Shown piece after piece: positions 1 through 9,794 of a stretch of DNA of 32,000 nt. The position numbers were made by a program, and so were the translations under genes. The notes beneath the pieces were generated by a model. The model did not search any database. It was not told the DNA's origin and saw only the letters and a list, made by a program, of their open reading frames with translations. The DNA is from Aliivibrio fischeri ES114 (GTDB lineage Bacteria > Pseudomonadota > Gammaproteobacteria > Enterobacterales > Vibrionaceae). The DNA lies in the NCBI RefSeq assembly GCF_000011805.1, contig NC_006841.2. One strand, given 5' to 3'. The first letter of the stretch is position 1. Every line of letters begins with the position of its first letter.

Positions 1-5
1 AGTCG

Positions 6-443
6 TTGTGTCGACTGATGGTTGCTCAATGTACGCCAAATCGTTGTAAGAATGCAGGTGCTGTATTGTTCTATGTTCCATATGCACTTCGCTGTTACTT
101 TATCCTAGGAGACTTTTCTGAAGTAAATCTTAAGAGAATGAAGGAGTTATATGCATTATTAAACCCTGAAAATTTGATTGAGGTATTGGATTGCCACTTT
201 TTCTTCCACCAACTCTTTGGCTTTCCCAAAAAGTTGGTGAGAATCATAGAAGATGCAGATAAACAGTCAGCTCAATCGTCTATGGATGTTAAAGCGTTTG
301 TCTTTGCAATTAAACAAGCAAACACAATGACAATGGGAGCGATTAACAAGTTTGAATATTTACCAAGTATTAAATCAGATAGTGCTTGGAAAAAATTGCC
401 GTGGTTGAAGTGGCAGTTGAGCACGATGAAAAACATAATGTAA
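6..443 (+). CDS. Hypothetical protein, possibly 5'-truncated by the window edge
   Basis: 145-aa ORF starting with TTG at the window edge and open upstream; no family recognised. Confidence 0.4.
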   Translation: MCRLMVAQCTPNRCKNAGAVLFYVPYALRCYFILGDFSEVNLKRMKELYALLNPENLIEVLDCHFFFHQLFGFPKKLVRIIEDADKQSAQSSMDVKAFVFAIKQANTMTMGAINKFEYLPSIKSDSAWKKLPWLKWQLSTMKNIM

Positions 444-680
444 GGATATGGGAATGTTGAGATAAGGATAAATGTTTGATGAGCAGTTGAAGTTTGAATC
501 TAGCAAGACTTAACATTTGATTAAAAATTATCTTCAAATTGAAGAACGATAATACATATTCTTATATTCTGGAAGATATTAGTTAGAGTAATATTTTAAA
601 TACTATGATTATTAATCAAAAATATGGATTGTATAATCGAGTCCAGTAGCGGCTTTAATTTATTTAATGAAGAGGCAGCT

Positions 681-1880
681 TTACGCTGCCTCATCTATAT
701 AATTACTCCACCAGCACATAATCTCTTTTCTTTGTTCTAAATAATCAGAACGGTTGTAACTGGCTCTCACTTCATTTTGGTCGGCATGTGATAAACAAGC
801 TTCAATCAATAAACTATCAAAACCGTACTCGTGAAGGGCAGTAGAAGCTATAGCACGCAATCCATGAGCAACTAACTCATCTTTTAGCCCAAGACTACGC
901 TTTATGGCTGCATTTGCTGTAAACAAGCTTACATGGCTATTTATATCTCGCTCACCAGGAAAGACATAATCACATCGTTTGCTTTGTAATCGAATCTGAT
1001 TCAGAATGTTGATTGCTTGTGATGTCAGCGGTATACGGTGTTCTTTTCTGCGTTTCATATTCTCAGCAGGGATAGTCCATACGCCTTTTTCTAAATCAAT
1101 ATCTATCCAGCGAGTTGTTGCCGCTTCCTTTGGGCGCGTCATTGTGTGTAGCTGCCATAAAATGAGCAATTTAGTTTTAGTTTGTATTGTTGAACATGAA
1201 TGCAGTCGTTTTAAAAAATCAGGTAATTGCTCTGGCCGAATAGTAGGCATGTGCAAAACTGTATTTTTACGAAAAACTTTAATTATTTTTGCTAATGGAT
1301 TTGCGTGTATTAAACCGTGGTTAACTGAGTAATCCATGATTTGGTTAAGGCTTTGGCAAATTCGTTTAACCGTCGAGTATTTACCTTCTTTTTCTAGAGG
1401 TCGTAATACATCTATTGTTTCTACAGCAGTGATCGTAGCAACAGGAATTTTGCTCATATGAGGGAAAATATATTTTTCTAATGTCCGCCATTCCCGGTAT
1501 GAATGCGCAGGAGAAACCGTTTCTTTTTTTCGTTCAAACCATTGTTCTGCAACTACGATAAAAGTCGACGTCTGTACTCTTTTCGCCTCAAGCTCTTTAC
1601 TTTGTTCAAATGACTTAGGGTTGATTTTTTGAGCTAAGAGTGTTCGGTACTCAGTTGTTTTGGATCGAGCATTAGCAAGAGATAATTCAGGATAAGGGCC
1701 AAGTGCTATTTTCTGAATCTTTCTTGTTACAGGGTCACTGAATTTAAATTGCCATGATTTAGCCCCAGTTGGACGTACACGCAATTGTAATCCTTCACCA
1801 TCAGATAATGTAAATTCTTTCCCTGTTGGTGCTGCTGATTTTATCTTTCTATCAGTAAGACGAATTACTTGACGAGCCAT
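681..1880 (-). CDS. P4-type tyrosine recombinase/integrase with DUF4102-like N-terminus
   Basis: 399 aa; N-terminal 'LSDGEGLQLRVRPTGAKSWQFKF', catalytic 'TMTRPKEAATTRW', 'HGLRAIASTAL' (HxxR), 'LSHADQNEVRASYNRSDY' (Tyr). Confidence 0.93.
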   Translation of the reverse strand: MARQVIRLTDRKIKSAAPTGKEFTLSDGEGLQLRVRPTGAKSWQFKFSDPVTRKIQKIALGPYPELSLANARSKTTEYRTLLAQKINPKSFEQSKELEAKRVQTSTFIVVAEQWFERKKETVSPAHSYREWRTLEKYIFPHMSKIPVATITAVETIDVLRPLEKEGKYSTVKRICQSLNQIMDYSVNHGLIHANPLAKIIKVFRKNTVLHMPTIRPEQLPDFLKRLHSCSTIQTKTKLLILWQLHTMTRPKEAATTRWIDIDLEKGVWTIPAENMKRRKEHRIPLTSQAINILNQIRLQSKRCDYVFPGERDINSHVSLFTANAAIKRSLGLKDELVAHGLRAIASTALHEYGFDSLLIEACLSHADQNEVRASYNRSDYLEQRKEIMCWWSNYIDEAA

Positions 1881-1930
1881 GATGATTACCTCAAAACTAG
1901 ATAGAAACAGTATATATTAGTTTTGGATCA

Positions 1931-1972
1931 TGGGGTACATCCTGGGGTACTAAAAATGCTGGCTTGGGGTAC
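1931..1972. repeat. Three direct repeats of TGGGGTAC upstream of the integrase gene
   Basis: TGGGGTAC at 1931-1938, 1943-1950 and 1965-1972. Confidence 0.75.
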
Positions 1973-2189
1973 TATTTAGTGGACGTTAATGGATTTACTT
2001 TTGGTTTAAATTGTTGTTTTTATTTGCATTTGTTGTATTTTATTGGATTCTATTGAATCTCGTTACTTTAGACCCGGGAACCATTGGATGGACATGGCGT
2101 GAATCCTTTAAAAACGAAAAGAGTTATTTTAACGGTAAAGTGGAAAGTGTAAAGAGCTCCTTGTATTGCTTGGTGATTTAGTATGAAAA

Positions 2190-2211
2190 AAACGGCCTAA
2201 ATAGGCCGTTT
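2190..2211 (-). terminator. Probable rho-independent terminator of the lipoprotein/LruC transcript
   Basis: AAACGGCCTA-AA-TAGGCCGTTT perfect hairpin with A-run on the left (U-run on the minus-strand transcript). Confidence 0.8.
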
Positions 2212-2236
2212 AAATTAATCCTAAGCTTAATGATGT

Positions 2237-2686
2237 TTATAAAGTGGCAACAACAGTATTATCAACGATATCTATCATTTGTTTTATTTCACTGCCTAGT
2301 GCTGAAGGGTACCAAATTTCCACCCAAACCTTATCGACGTGATTTGGAAGCATCATGCTACTTTTAAATTCGGTACTGTCATTCATTGGGGTTAGAATGA
2401 TTTGAGATGTATAGTCTACGGCACCTTCATTAAATTCAGTGTAGATAGACATAAAACCTCGATCACTTTGAGAGCTTGCAACAGAAAGGTCGAAAGTGAC
2501 TTCTCGCTCTGTTGAGAATGTAAAGCCTTCCGGCACCGACAACTCACTTGTTTTAATACCGCTTTCTTTTTTAGGTACGTCTGCCGCTGCAGGTGCTGCT
2601 CCCCCCGATGTACCAGATGACGAATCACTACATGCAGAAAGAAAAGTAATGATGGCGATACTTAGTAATATATTAATTCGTTTCAT
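2237..2686 (-). CDS. Small predicted lipoprotein
   Basis: 149 aa, signal peptide with lipobox 'IITFLSACSDSSSG'; starts about 12 bp after the LruC-like gene. Confidence 0.75.
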   Translation of the reverse strand: MKRINILLSIAIITFLSACSDSSSGTSGGAAPAAADVPKKESGIKTSELSVPEGFTFSTEREVTFDLSVASSQSDRGFMSIYTEFNEGAVDYTSQIILTPMNDSTEFKSSMMLPNHVDKVWVEIWYPSALGSEIKQMIDIVDNTVVATL

Positions 2687-2698
2687 AAATCCTCCTTG

Positions 2699-4810
2699 TT
2701 AGTCAGCTGTTGACCAAGTATTACTAGCTGTAGGGTTAAGGTACCAAGTTGTTTTTTCTGTACCGCCTGATGTTGCCCATTCAGCGAAGTCTGGGTAAGC
2801 ATCACCAATATCAATATATTCTGATGGATGATTCCAAGGTGATGAAATTAATATCCCCCATGGAAGATTTCCGGTTGTACGATAGTATTTACTTGTTGCA
2901 GGGTCTGAATCATCCTGAGCAATACCATAGAAACTGCTCACCAATGTCCCTCTACTTGTTGGTGGGAAATCCGCTGTGTGAATTTCTAAATCTGTTCCTG
3001 GCGCTGTAGAGAAGCTATCACCGTGATACAAGCCATAGCCTGCTGCAAAGATGAATGGGTCGGCACCATTTAGAGGCAATAGTGAACTTACACTAGGCTC
3101 ACTGCCATCATTGAAAGGAAGTGAGATGCTAAATGTCATCTGCTCTGATTCAAGTGATGCACTACATGATGGATTTGTACGGTGGAATTTACACTCTTCG
3201 TTAATGATTATGTCTTCTCGTAGATTTAATGAGGCAACAACAACCAAGTCTCCACCAGGAGAGGCGATAGATTTGTCTTCGCCAGTAAATGGTGAAATAT
3301 TCGCTCGAGTCACGCCATTTTTTTCTAAACGAGCCAATGATAGGTTTATATCCGATTCAGAGAAACCATTCAGTTTCCAACCTAGACCGTTACCATAAGA
3401 TGCGCCGTATGCCATGATGGTCCCAGTGATATCAAATCGTAATACTTCACCATCTTTACTCACAATAGTAGTTCGGTAATAGGCAACCACATCATTTAAG
3501 TCAAAATCACCAATTTCAGGCCAGTTATCCTCAAATGCTGCAGTATAATAACCAGAATGCTGAATTGTTGTTCCCGGGTCAGTAACGTCAAATACATAGT
3601 CTTCGACCTCACCATCACCAACGTAACCCGAGCTTGGTATATTAGGGTTACTTGATAAACGGAAACGAGTTTGTACAGAACCTATAGTTGCGCTATCGCT
3701 GACTCTAATTGGAACGATTTGTACGCCACTCACTATTGGGTGGTTTGTTAAAATTTGTTCACCTTCATCAAATGAACCGTTCATATCCCAGTCAGCCCAT
3801 GCTTGTAAATAACCACTGCCACTGGCATTTACATTAATTAAGGCGTCTAAGCCTTTTTCTAAACTGGTTAAGATAGTGATACCGTCATCGTCGTTACCGT
3901 CAACATCAAGATCATCACCATTTGATGCAATCCCTGGTTGGCCATCGGTATCTGCATCGACGCTACTACCTAAGTAAAGGGTACTTGTCATAGCATGTTC
4001 TGCACCGTCATTTGATTTTAAAGTGTTGTAACTATCTGGAGCATCACCAAAATCAGATTCATCAGAGCTTCCAATTGGCGGAGTAAAGTCATCAAGATCC
4101 CAGTTACCATCAAAAGCAGAAAAAATTGGGTTTGGCAAAGGGCTGTTGCTAGCGGTAACGGTTTCAAATTGAAGAGTCACAATAGACGTGTTTTTATAGG
4201 TGAATTTTACAGCACCTGAAGTGTCGGTTTCATTATAGTTTGTACCAGGACCTGTGAATAAAACAGAAAGACCATCAGGACTTTCTTCTGCTGTTAGACT
4301 TGCTCCAGCAGAGCCGGTTTGATAGCTGAAAAAACCTTCATTTTTATATACACGAACTTGCTCTGATTGTACTGGCTCACCATCGATATCATAACCAATC
4401 ATCTCAAATTCAGGGATAGTATAAGGGATTGAAAAAGTACCAGACAATCCATCGGTTCCATCAAAAAATTCAAAAGTATAAATAAGACCAGCAGGACCTG
4501 GAGAGTTTGTTTGGTAGAGGAAGCCAATATCTCCACTAGGTTGTGTTGAACCTTCTTTATAATTAGGTGTGTGATATAGGAAAGTGGCATCACCAATAAT
4601 TCGGCTGCTTATCTTTGCATCAATAGTTTTACCATTATGAACACCAACATTTAGGAAGTGCATAACAGGGCCATCATATGAGGGGCCAAAACTATTATTT
4701 AAATTCGTGTCTTCAATATGATTTGAAAAATCCAAATCAACGATGGTTGCATGAATAGGAATACTCGCAGTAGCGAGGGCAATAATCGGTATAAGTTGTT
4801 TGTATTTCAT
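2699..4810 (-). CDS. Secreted LruC domain-containing protein with GEVEDY-type segment
   Basis: 703 aa; N-terminal signal peptide; 'GYVGDGEVEDYVFDVTD'; 'DFNDVVAYYRTTIVSKDGEVLRFDITGTIMAYGASYGNGLGWKL' and 'DIGDAYPDFAEWATSG' typical of LruC. Confidence 0.85.
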   Translation of the reverse strand: MKYKQLIPIIALATASIPIHATIVDLDFSNHIEDTNLNNSFGPSYDGPVMHFLNVGVHNGKTIDAKISSRIIGDATFLYHTPNYKEGSTQPSGDIGFLYQTNSPGPAGLIYTFEFFDGTDGLSGTFSIPYTIPEFEMIGYDIDGEPVQSEQVRVYKNEGFFSYQTGSAGASLTAEESPDGLSVLFTGPGTNYNETDTSGAVKFTYKNTSIVTLQFETVTASNSPLPNPIFSAFDGNWDLDDFTPPIGSSDESDFGDAPDSYNTLKSNDGAEHAMTSTLYLGSSVDADTDGQPGIASNGDDLDVDGNDDDGITILTSLEKGLDALINVNASGSGYLQAWADWDMNGSFDEGEQILTNHPIVSGVQIVPIRVSDSATIGSVQTRFRLSSNPNIPSSGYVGDGEVEDYVFDVTDPGTTIQHSGYYTAAFEDNWPEIGDFDLNDVVAYYRTTIVSKDGEVLRFDITGTIMAYGASYGNGLGWKLNGFSESDINLSLARLEKNGVTRANISPFTGEDKSIASPGGDLVVVASLNLREDIIINEECKFHRTNPSCSASLESEQMTFSISLPFNDGSEPSVSSLLPLNGADPFIFAAGYGLYHGDSFSTAPGTDLEIHTADFPPTSRGTLVSSFYGIAQDDSDPATSKYYRTTGNLPWGILISSPWNHPSEYIDIGDAYPDFAEWATSGGTEKTTWYLNPTASNTWSTAD

Positions 4811-5124
4811 AGTCAGCCTCTACTCAATCTTGATGAGATGCTCTCAAAAAATGAAAACTCTAACAGGTGAAAAAACTCGATGTTTTATTCGATTATCTAT
4901 GTATCAAGCAATACACATACCATTTAGAGTTAGTAGAGGGGAATTAAATTTAATTTATTGAAATATCGAGTTTTAATTTTTTATTTCTGTGCAGTATAGG
5001 TATGAGTTCTGTTTAGATAAGTAGGGCTATCCTCAATATAGGAATCAATATGAGAATATAAATTTTACAAGTGATTTTTGAGTAACAGACTAATATACAT
5101 TAATCTGCTACTCATTAAGAAGGG

Positions 5125-6027
5125 TTAAGCCGCTTGATGATTTTGTTCGTGTAAAGGTAGGGGTTTTCCAAGCAAAAAGCCTTGGAAATAACCAATATTT
5201 AGTTTTTTCATTAACTCATACTGATGAGGTGTTTCAACGCCTTCAACAATAGTTAATGCCTCCTGTTTTTTGGCGATAGAAAGGGCGGATAACAGAGGGG
5301 CTTTGATACCACCTTCATACTTTAATAGTAGCTCTCTATCGATTTTAATGACGTTTGGGTTTAATTGTGAAACTCTCTGCGCGGAAGAGGCTTCCGAGCC
5401 ATAATCGTCAATAGCGACAAAAAAATCGTGTTTTTTGATCATTTCAATAGCATTGATTAGTCTCTTTTCATCTTGATAATGAAACTCTACTAATTCAAAT
5501 ACAATGTTTTGTGGAGATAGGTTTAAAGCACTGATCCGTGACTCTAATAGCATTGCATTTATATCAGGTAAATGACTGGTATAAAGAAGGACTGCGGATT
5601 CAGGTAAAACATTTAAAAACAGTTTGCAACCTAATGGAGCAAAGGTAGAAAAATTTCGAATATGAATAACACGGCTTAAGCGCTCGATATTTAGTATCTG
5701 TTCTAAAGTGCGAGATAAGTCCGAAAAGAAAAGGTCAGGTCTGATTGGTTGATCATTTGAGTCTTGAATTCTAAGTAATGCTTCATAACCAAAAATATTC
5801 ATTTGTTTATCAAATATTGGTTGGAAAACACTTCTCAAAATGAAGCCGTCATATTGAGCGCAATATGAACCTGCGTCATCAATGAATAAATGAGTTTGAA
5901 ACTCGTCCTGTGTTGCCAATAGCATTCGTAACTCCTTATACGTTCCAGTATTGATATCTGAATCAATTAAATTAAGCAAATGAACGAAAAGGAAAAATCG
6001 AGTGAAATCACAGATTAAGTGTTTCAA
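5125..6027 (-). CDS. EAL-domain protein (putative c-di-GMP phosphodiesterase)
   Basis: 'FGYEALLRI', 'LFLNVLPES', 'ELVE', 'AIDDYGSEASSAQRV', 'VIKIDREL', 'IVEGVET', 'GYFQGFLLGKP'. The true start may be downstream (internal Met). Confidence 0.88.
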   Translation of the reverse strand: MKHLICDFTRFFLFVHLLNLIDSDINTGTYKELRMLLATQDEFQTHLFIDDAGSYCAQYDGFILRSVFQPIFDKQMNIFGYEALLRIQDSNDQPIRPDLFFSDLSRTLEQILNIERLSRVIHIRNFSTFAPLGCKLFLNVLPESAVLLYTSHLPDINAMLLESRISALNLSPQNIVFELVEFHYQDEKRLINAIEMIKKHDFFVAIDDYGSEASSAQRVSQLNPNVIKIDRELLLKYEGGIKAPLLSALSIAKKQEALTIVEGVETPHQYELMKKLNIGYFQGFLLGKPLPLHEQNHQAA

Positions 6028-6041
6028 AGTTAAGAAATTAG

Positions 6042-6068
6042 AAGCCCATTTACATCATAAATGGGCTT
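6042..6068 (-). terminator. Hairpin between the EAL and DUF2797-like genes
   Basis: AAGCCCATTTA ... TAAATGGGCTT followed by TT; lies just downstream of the minus-strand gene 6076-6903. Confidence 0.6.
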
Positions 6069-6075
6069 TTATTAG

Positions 6076-6903
6076 TTACGCTGTCACGGTAACTTCGTAA
6101 GAGCCAAATTTACGGATGTTGATAACACCTGTATCAAACAGTAGGTATTGACCTTTAATGCCATTAAGAACGCCTGTGACTTCAGGGTTTTTATCAAAGT
6201 TATGGCTTACGATTTTTGTCGGGAACTCATTAACAGGAAACGCGATATCAAGAATGTGCTCGTCTAATAATTCAACAGAATCGTCACCATGCTCAGCTTG
6301 AATCTTTGCAATTGCCGTTTCAACTTGAGGCAATAGTTCTAAAGCCGCTTCTTTTAAAGGAAGTGGATCACCGTTACCTTTTAATAGCGTGCGCCAATTG
6401 GTTTTATCTGCAATGAGTTTTGCTAACTCAATCTCAACTAGGCCTGAAATTAAGCGGTTTTTCACTTTAGCGATAGGCAAACCTTGAGTTGCGCCTTGAT
6501 CAATCCAGCGTGTAGGAATTTGAGTGTGACGGGTAATGCCGACTTTCATACTCGATGTATTTGAAAGATAAACATAGTGATCAACAAAACAATTATCTTC
6601 ACCCCATTGAGGCTCACGGCATGTACCTTCTGCGAAATGGCATGTTTCAGGTTTCATTATGCACATATCGCAACTTGCTAGCTTTTTCATACATACAAAG
6701 CAATGACCTTGGGAGTAGCTTTTTTTGGTTTTCTTGCCGCATGAGCAACAAAAGATATTACCTGTATGAGTAAGAGTTAGCGTTTTACCGATTAAAGGGT
6801 TTAAGCTGATTTCTTCATCTCTGACAGGTAGACGATATTGGACGGTTCCTTCAGATAAAGAAGAACGCATTTTTGCTAATGTTCCAGTAATTTGAATGCT
6901 CAT
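6076..6903 (-). CDS. DUF2797-like protein with Cys-rich N-terminal region
   Basis: 275 aa; 'CCSCGKKTKKSYSQGHCFVCMKKLASCDMC', 'DHYVYLSNTSSMKVGITRHTQIPTRWIDQGA'. Confidence 0.75.
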   Translation of the reverse strand: MSIQITGTLAKMRSSLSEGTVQYRLPVRDEEISLNPLIGKTLTLTHTGNIFCCSCGKKTKKSYSQGHCFVCMKKLASCDMCIMKPETCHFAEGTCREPQWGEDNCFVDHYVYLSNTSSMKVGITRHTQIPTRWIDQGATQGLPIAKVKNRLISGLVEIELAKLIADKTNWRTLLKGNGDPLPLKEAALELLPQVETAIAKIQAEHGDDSVELLDEHILDIAFPVNEFPTKIVSHNFDKNPEVTGVLNGIKGQYLLFDTGVINIRKFGSYEVTVTA

Positions 6904-7048
6904 GAACTTTCTACTTTTATTTTTATAAATGAATGTTTATTAGAATAAAACCATTGTAACAAAGTCATGAAAGAGTGTAAGAGCTCAAATGAATATTTAT
7001 ATGCAAGGATAAACGACAATTATGATATACTCGTCACATTAGACCAGA

Positions 7049-8431
7049 ATGACTGGTTATTTATCAATAATACTCGAAATTGGAGTGCAGCTTTTGCAAT
7101 TTAAAGATTTAGGTTTAGATAATCGCCTATTAAAAAATCTCGCTCACCAGAACATTAAAACACCAACTGAAATTCAACGTAAAGCTGTTCCTGTTGCTAT
7201 TGCAGGTAAAGATGTTCTTGCGTCGTCAAAAACAGGTTCAGGTAAAACACTGGCATTCGTTTTACCAATGCTTCACAAATCACTGAAAACGAAATCTTTC
7301 TCAAAGAATGATCCTCGAGCAGTGATTCTTGCGCCTACACGTGAATTAGCAAAACAAGTATACAGTCATTTACGTGCAATGCTTGGTGGCTTAACTTATG
7401 ACGCGACATTGATTACAGGCGGTGAGAACTTTAATGACCAAGTGAATGCATTACGCAAGCACCCTAAGTTCATTGTTGCCACTCCAGGACGTTTAGCTGA
7501 CCACCTTGAGCATCAATCTCTGTACCTTGATGGTTTAGAAACACTGATCCTTGATGAAGCTGACCGTATGTTAGATCTTGGTTTTGCTGAGCATTTGCAA
7601 AAGATTCATAAAGCAGCAAGTCACCGTCGTCGTCAAACATTAATGTTCTCAGCAACGCTTGATCACGATGCAGTGAATAAGTTCGCAGGTAACATGCTAG
7701 ATAATCCAAAGCGTATCTCTGTAGGTTTATCGAATGATGAGCACAAAGACATTACGCAACGTTTCTATCTATGTGACCATTTAGATCACAAACAAGCGAT
7801 CTTAAACAAAATCATTGAGACTGAAGATTACTTCCAAATCATGATTTTCACAGCAACACGCTCCGATACTGATCGTTTAACTAAACTATTAAACGAAGAA
7901 AACTTAAAAGCTGTAGCGCTAAGTGGTGATATGAACCAAACCGCTCGTAATAACATTATGAGTCAGTTTGAGCGTCGTGTTCACAAAATCTTAGTAACAA
8001 CCGATGTTGCTTCTCGTGGTTTAGACTTAACAAGTGTAACGCACGTAATTAACTTTGATATGCCTAAGCATATGGAAGAGTATGTTCACCGTGTTGGTCG
8101 TACAGGCCGTGCAGGTAAGAAAGGTACTGCGATTTCTCTTGTTGGTCCAAAAGACTGGGAAAGCTTTAAACGTGTAGAAACCTTCTTACAACAAGATTTG
8201 TCTTTCTCTGTATTTGAAGAATTAAAAGGCAAATTTAAAGGATTGAAACCGAAACATAAGCGTACGTTTGTGAAAAAAGGTGATCCTAAGAAATTTAAAG
8301 CGAAGGGTAATCAAAACAAACCTAAAGCGCCTAAGAAACGTGATAACTCGTTCCATACAAATGTGGCAGTTGGCGATCAGGTATTTATGCCAAAGAAAAA
8401 GCCCAAGCAAATTGTGGTTGATGACGAGTAA
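7049..8431 (+). CDS. DEAD-box ATP-dependent RNA helicase (RhlE/SrmB-like)
   Basis: Q motif, 'ASSKTGSGKT', 'APTRELAKQ', 'TPGR', 'LDEADRMLDLGF', 'FSATLD', 'HRVGRTGRAGKKG'; Lys-rich tail. Confidence 0.95.
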   Translation: MTGYLSIILEIGVQLLQFKDLGLDNRLLKNLAHQNIKTPTEIQRKAVPVAIAGKDVLASSKTGSGKTLAFVLPMLHKSLKTKSFSKNDPRAVILAPTRELAKQVYSHLRAMLGGLTYDATLITGGENFNDQVNALRKHPKFIVATPGRLADHLEHQSLYLDGLETLILDEADRMLDLGFAEHLQKIHKAASHRRRQTLMFSATLDHDAVNKFAGNMLDNPKRISVGLSNDEHKDITQRFYLCDHLDHKQAILNKIIETEDYFQIMIFTATRSDTDRLTKLLNEENLKAVALSGDMNQTARNNIMSQFERRVHKILVTTDVASRGLDLTSVTHVINFDMPKHMEEYVHRVGRTGRAGKKGTAISLVGPKDWESFKRVETFLQQDLSFSVFEELKGKFKGLKPKHKRTFVKKGDPKKFKAKGNQNKPKAPKKRDNSFHTNVAVGDQVFMPKKKPKQIVVDDE

Positions 8432-8472
8432 GAGCTATCTAGTTTACTTTTATAGAGTAAATCAGAAATAAA

Positions 8473-8504
8473 AAATGACAAGGGAGCGAACTTCCTTGTC
8501 ATTT
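8473..8504. terminator. Bidirectional-looking terminator between the helicase gene and ppnP
   Basis: AAATGACAAGG-N10-CCTTGTCATTT with flanking A-run and T-run. Confidence 0.8.
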
Positions 8505-8576
8505 TTTTAAACTAAAAACGAGTAATAGTGTGAAATCAGTATTGTGATTTAATACTAATTTGGTTAGTTACTCGTA

Positions 8577-8858
8577 TTACAAATACTCACATAAATACGC
8601 AGTTTCGATTTCTACTTTTACTTCAAATGAGGAGTTACCTTCAACTGAGAAATCTTCACCAGAAGAGAAAGTAACCCAGTCAGCATCTGTTGAGCGTTTA
8701 ATGGTAAGAGCACCAGTAATAACACTCATTTTTTCAGCAGCAGCTGTGCCAAAAGTGTAGTTACCCGGTAACATTACACCTACAGAAATTGCGTTACTGT
8801 TTTGTTCAAATCCAATAGATTTTACTTTATCTTCAAAATAGCTATTTACGGTTAACAT
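8577..8858 (-). CDS. ppnP: Pyrimidine/purine nucleoside phosphorylase PpnP (YaiE family)
   Basis: 93 aa; 'VKSIGFEQNSNAISVGVMLPGNYTFGTAAAEKMSVITGAL' and 'SSFEVKVEIETAYLCEYL' resemble E. coli YaiE. Confidence 0.88.
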   Translation of the reverse strand: MLTVNSYFEDKVKSIGFEQNSNAISVGVMLPGNYTFGTAAAEKMSVITGALTIKRSTDADWVTFSSGEDFSVEGNSSFEVKVEIETAYLCEYL

Positions 8859-8919
8859 GTGACATCCTTGAAATTAAAATCGAGTAAACAATATGTTATT
8901 CGACCATTATTTTCAATAG

Positions 8920-9732
8920 TTACTTGATATAACCAAGTGATTGGATGGTTTTAGTTGCTTCTGGTGAAGCAATGTAATTCATAAACTCTGTCGATTCTTT
9001 AGATACTGTTTGGTTCTTGTATACAAATAAGAAAGGGTGGGAAAGAGAATATTTATTTTCCATAATAGCTTCTTGGCTTGGTAGTACGTTATCTACTTTT
9101 AGTACACGGAGTTGAGCAAGATCACCAAGTGTTCCAGCAGATACATAGCCAATAGCATAAGGGTTGCGTGAAACAATGCTCTTAACCATACCCGTACCAT
9201 TAACAACAAGAGCGTTATCGCTAATATCTGATACAGTGAATGAGTTGATTTCTTGTGTTAAACCAAAGTGTTTTTCAAACGAGAAGCGAGAGCCTGAAGC
9301 AATTTCACGTGAAATTACAGAGATCTTACGATCGGTGCCACCCAATTCTTTCCAGTTTTTAATATCACCGTGATAGATTTTCCAGATGTTCTCTGTAGAT
9401 AATTCAGTAATTGGGTTGTCAGGGTGGACAACAATTGCGATGGCATCATAAGCGATAAGAGTTGAACTTAATGTCTCTTTTTCTTTGTCTGTTAACTCAC
9501 GAGAGCTGATAGCAAGATTTACTGTGTCATCAACCAGTAGTTTAATGCCTGCACTTGAACCAATACTTTGCAAATCAACAAGTGGTTTATTGTCTTTATT
9601 GTATTCATCAATAAAGGGTTCCAATAGTGTAGAAACAGATGTAGAACCTGCAATTACTGTATTTGCAGCAAAAGTTGAGGAGCTAAAAAGTAACGCTGTA
9701 AATATGGTGGTGTAACTAAACGCTTTGAACAT
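8920..9732 (-). CDS. PstS-like phosphate-type substrate-binding protein
   Basis: 270 aa with signal peptide; 'VIAGSTSVSTLLEPFIDEY', 'IGSSAGIKLLVDDTVNLAISSRELT', 'IYHGDIKNWKELGG', 'REIASGSRFSFEKH'. Confidence 0.85.
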   Translation of the reverse strand: MFKAFSYTTIFTALLFSSSTFAANTVIAGSTSVSTLLEPFIDEYNKDNKPLVDLQSIGSSAGIKLLVDDTVNLAISSRELTDKEKETLSSTLIAYDAIAIVVHPDNPITELSTENIWKIYHGDIKNWKELGGTDRKISVISREIASGSRFSFEKHFGLTQEINSFTVSDISDNALVVNGTGMVKSIVSRNPYAIGYVSAGTLGDLAQLRVLKVDNVLPSQEAIMENKYSLSHPFLFVYKNQTVSKESTEFMNYIASPEATKTIQSLGYIK

Positions 9733-9794
9733 GACCTAAATCCATAATGAAAAAAAAGCATCATAGTCGGGAAGTGTTACACCATTGTGACAAA

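Noticed and set aside
1006-1332. Antisense ORF (108 aa) inside the integrase
   Set aside because: Fully antisense to a strongly supported integrase; no recognisable domain.
1881-2236. tRNA or tmRNA 3' end as attachment target for the P4-type integrase
   Set aside because: I could not find a convincing tRNA acceptor/T-loop pattern in the spacer.
7470-7709. Antisense ORF inside the helicase
   Set aside because: Shadow ORF of a well-supported DEAD-box gene; same judgement for 8222-8410, 8280-8471 and 6555-6773.
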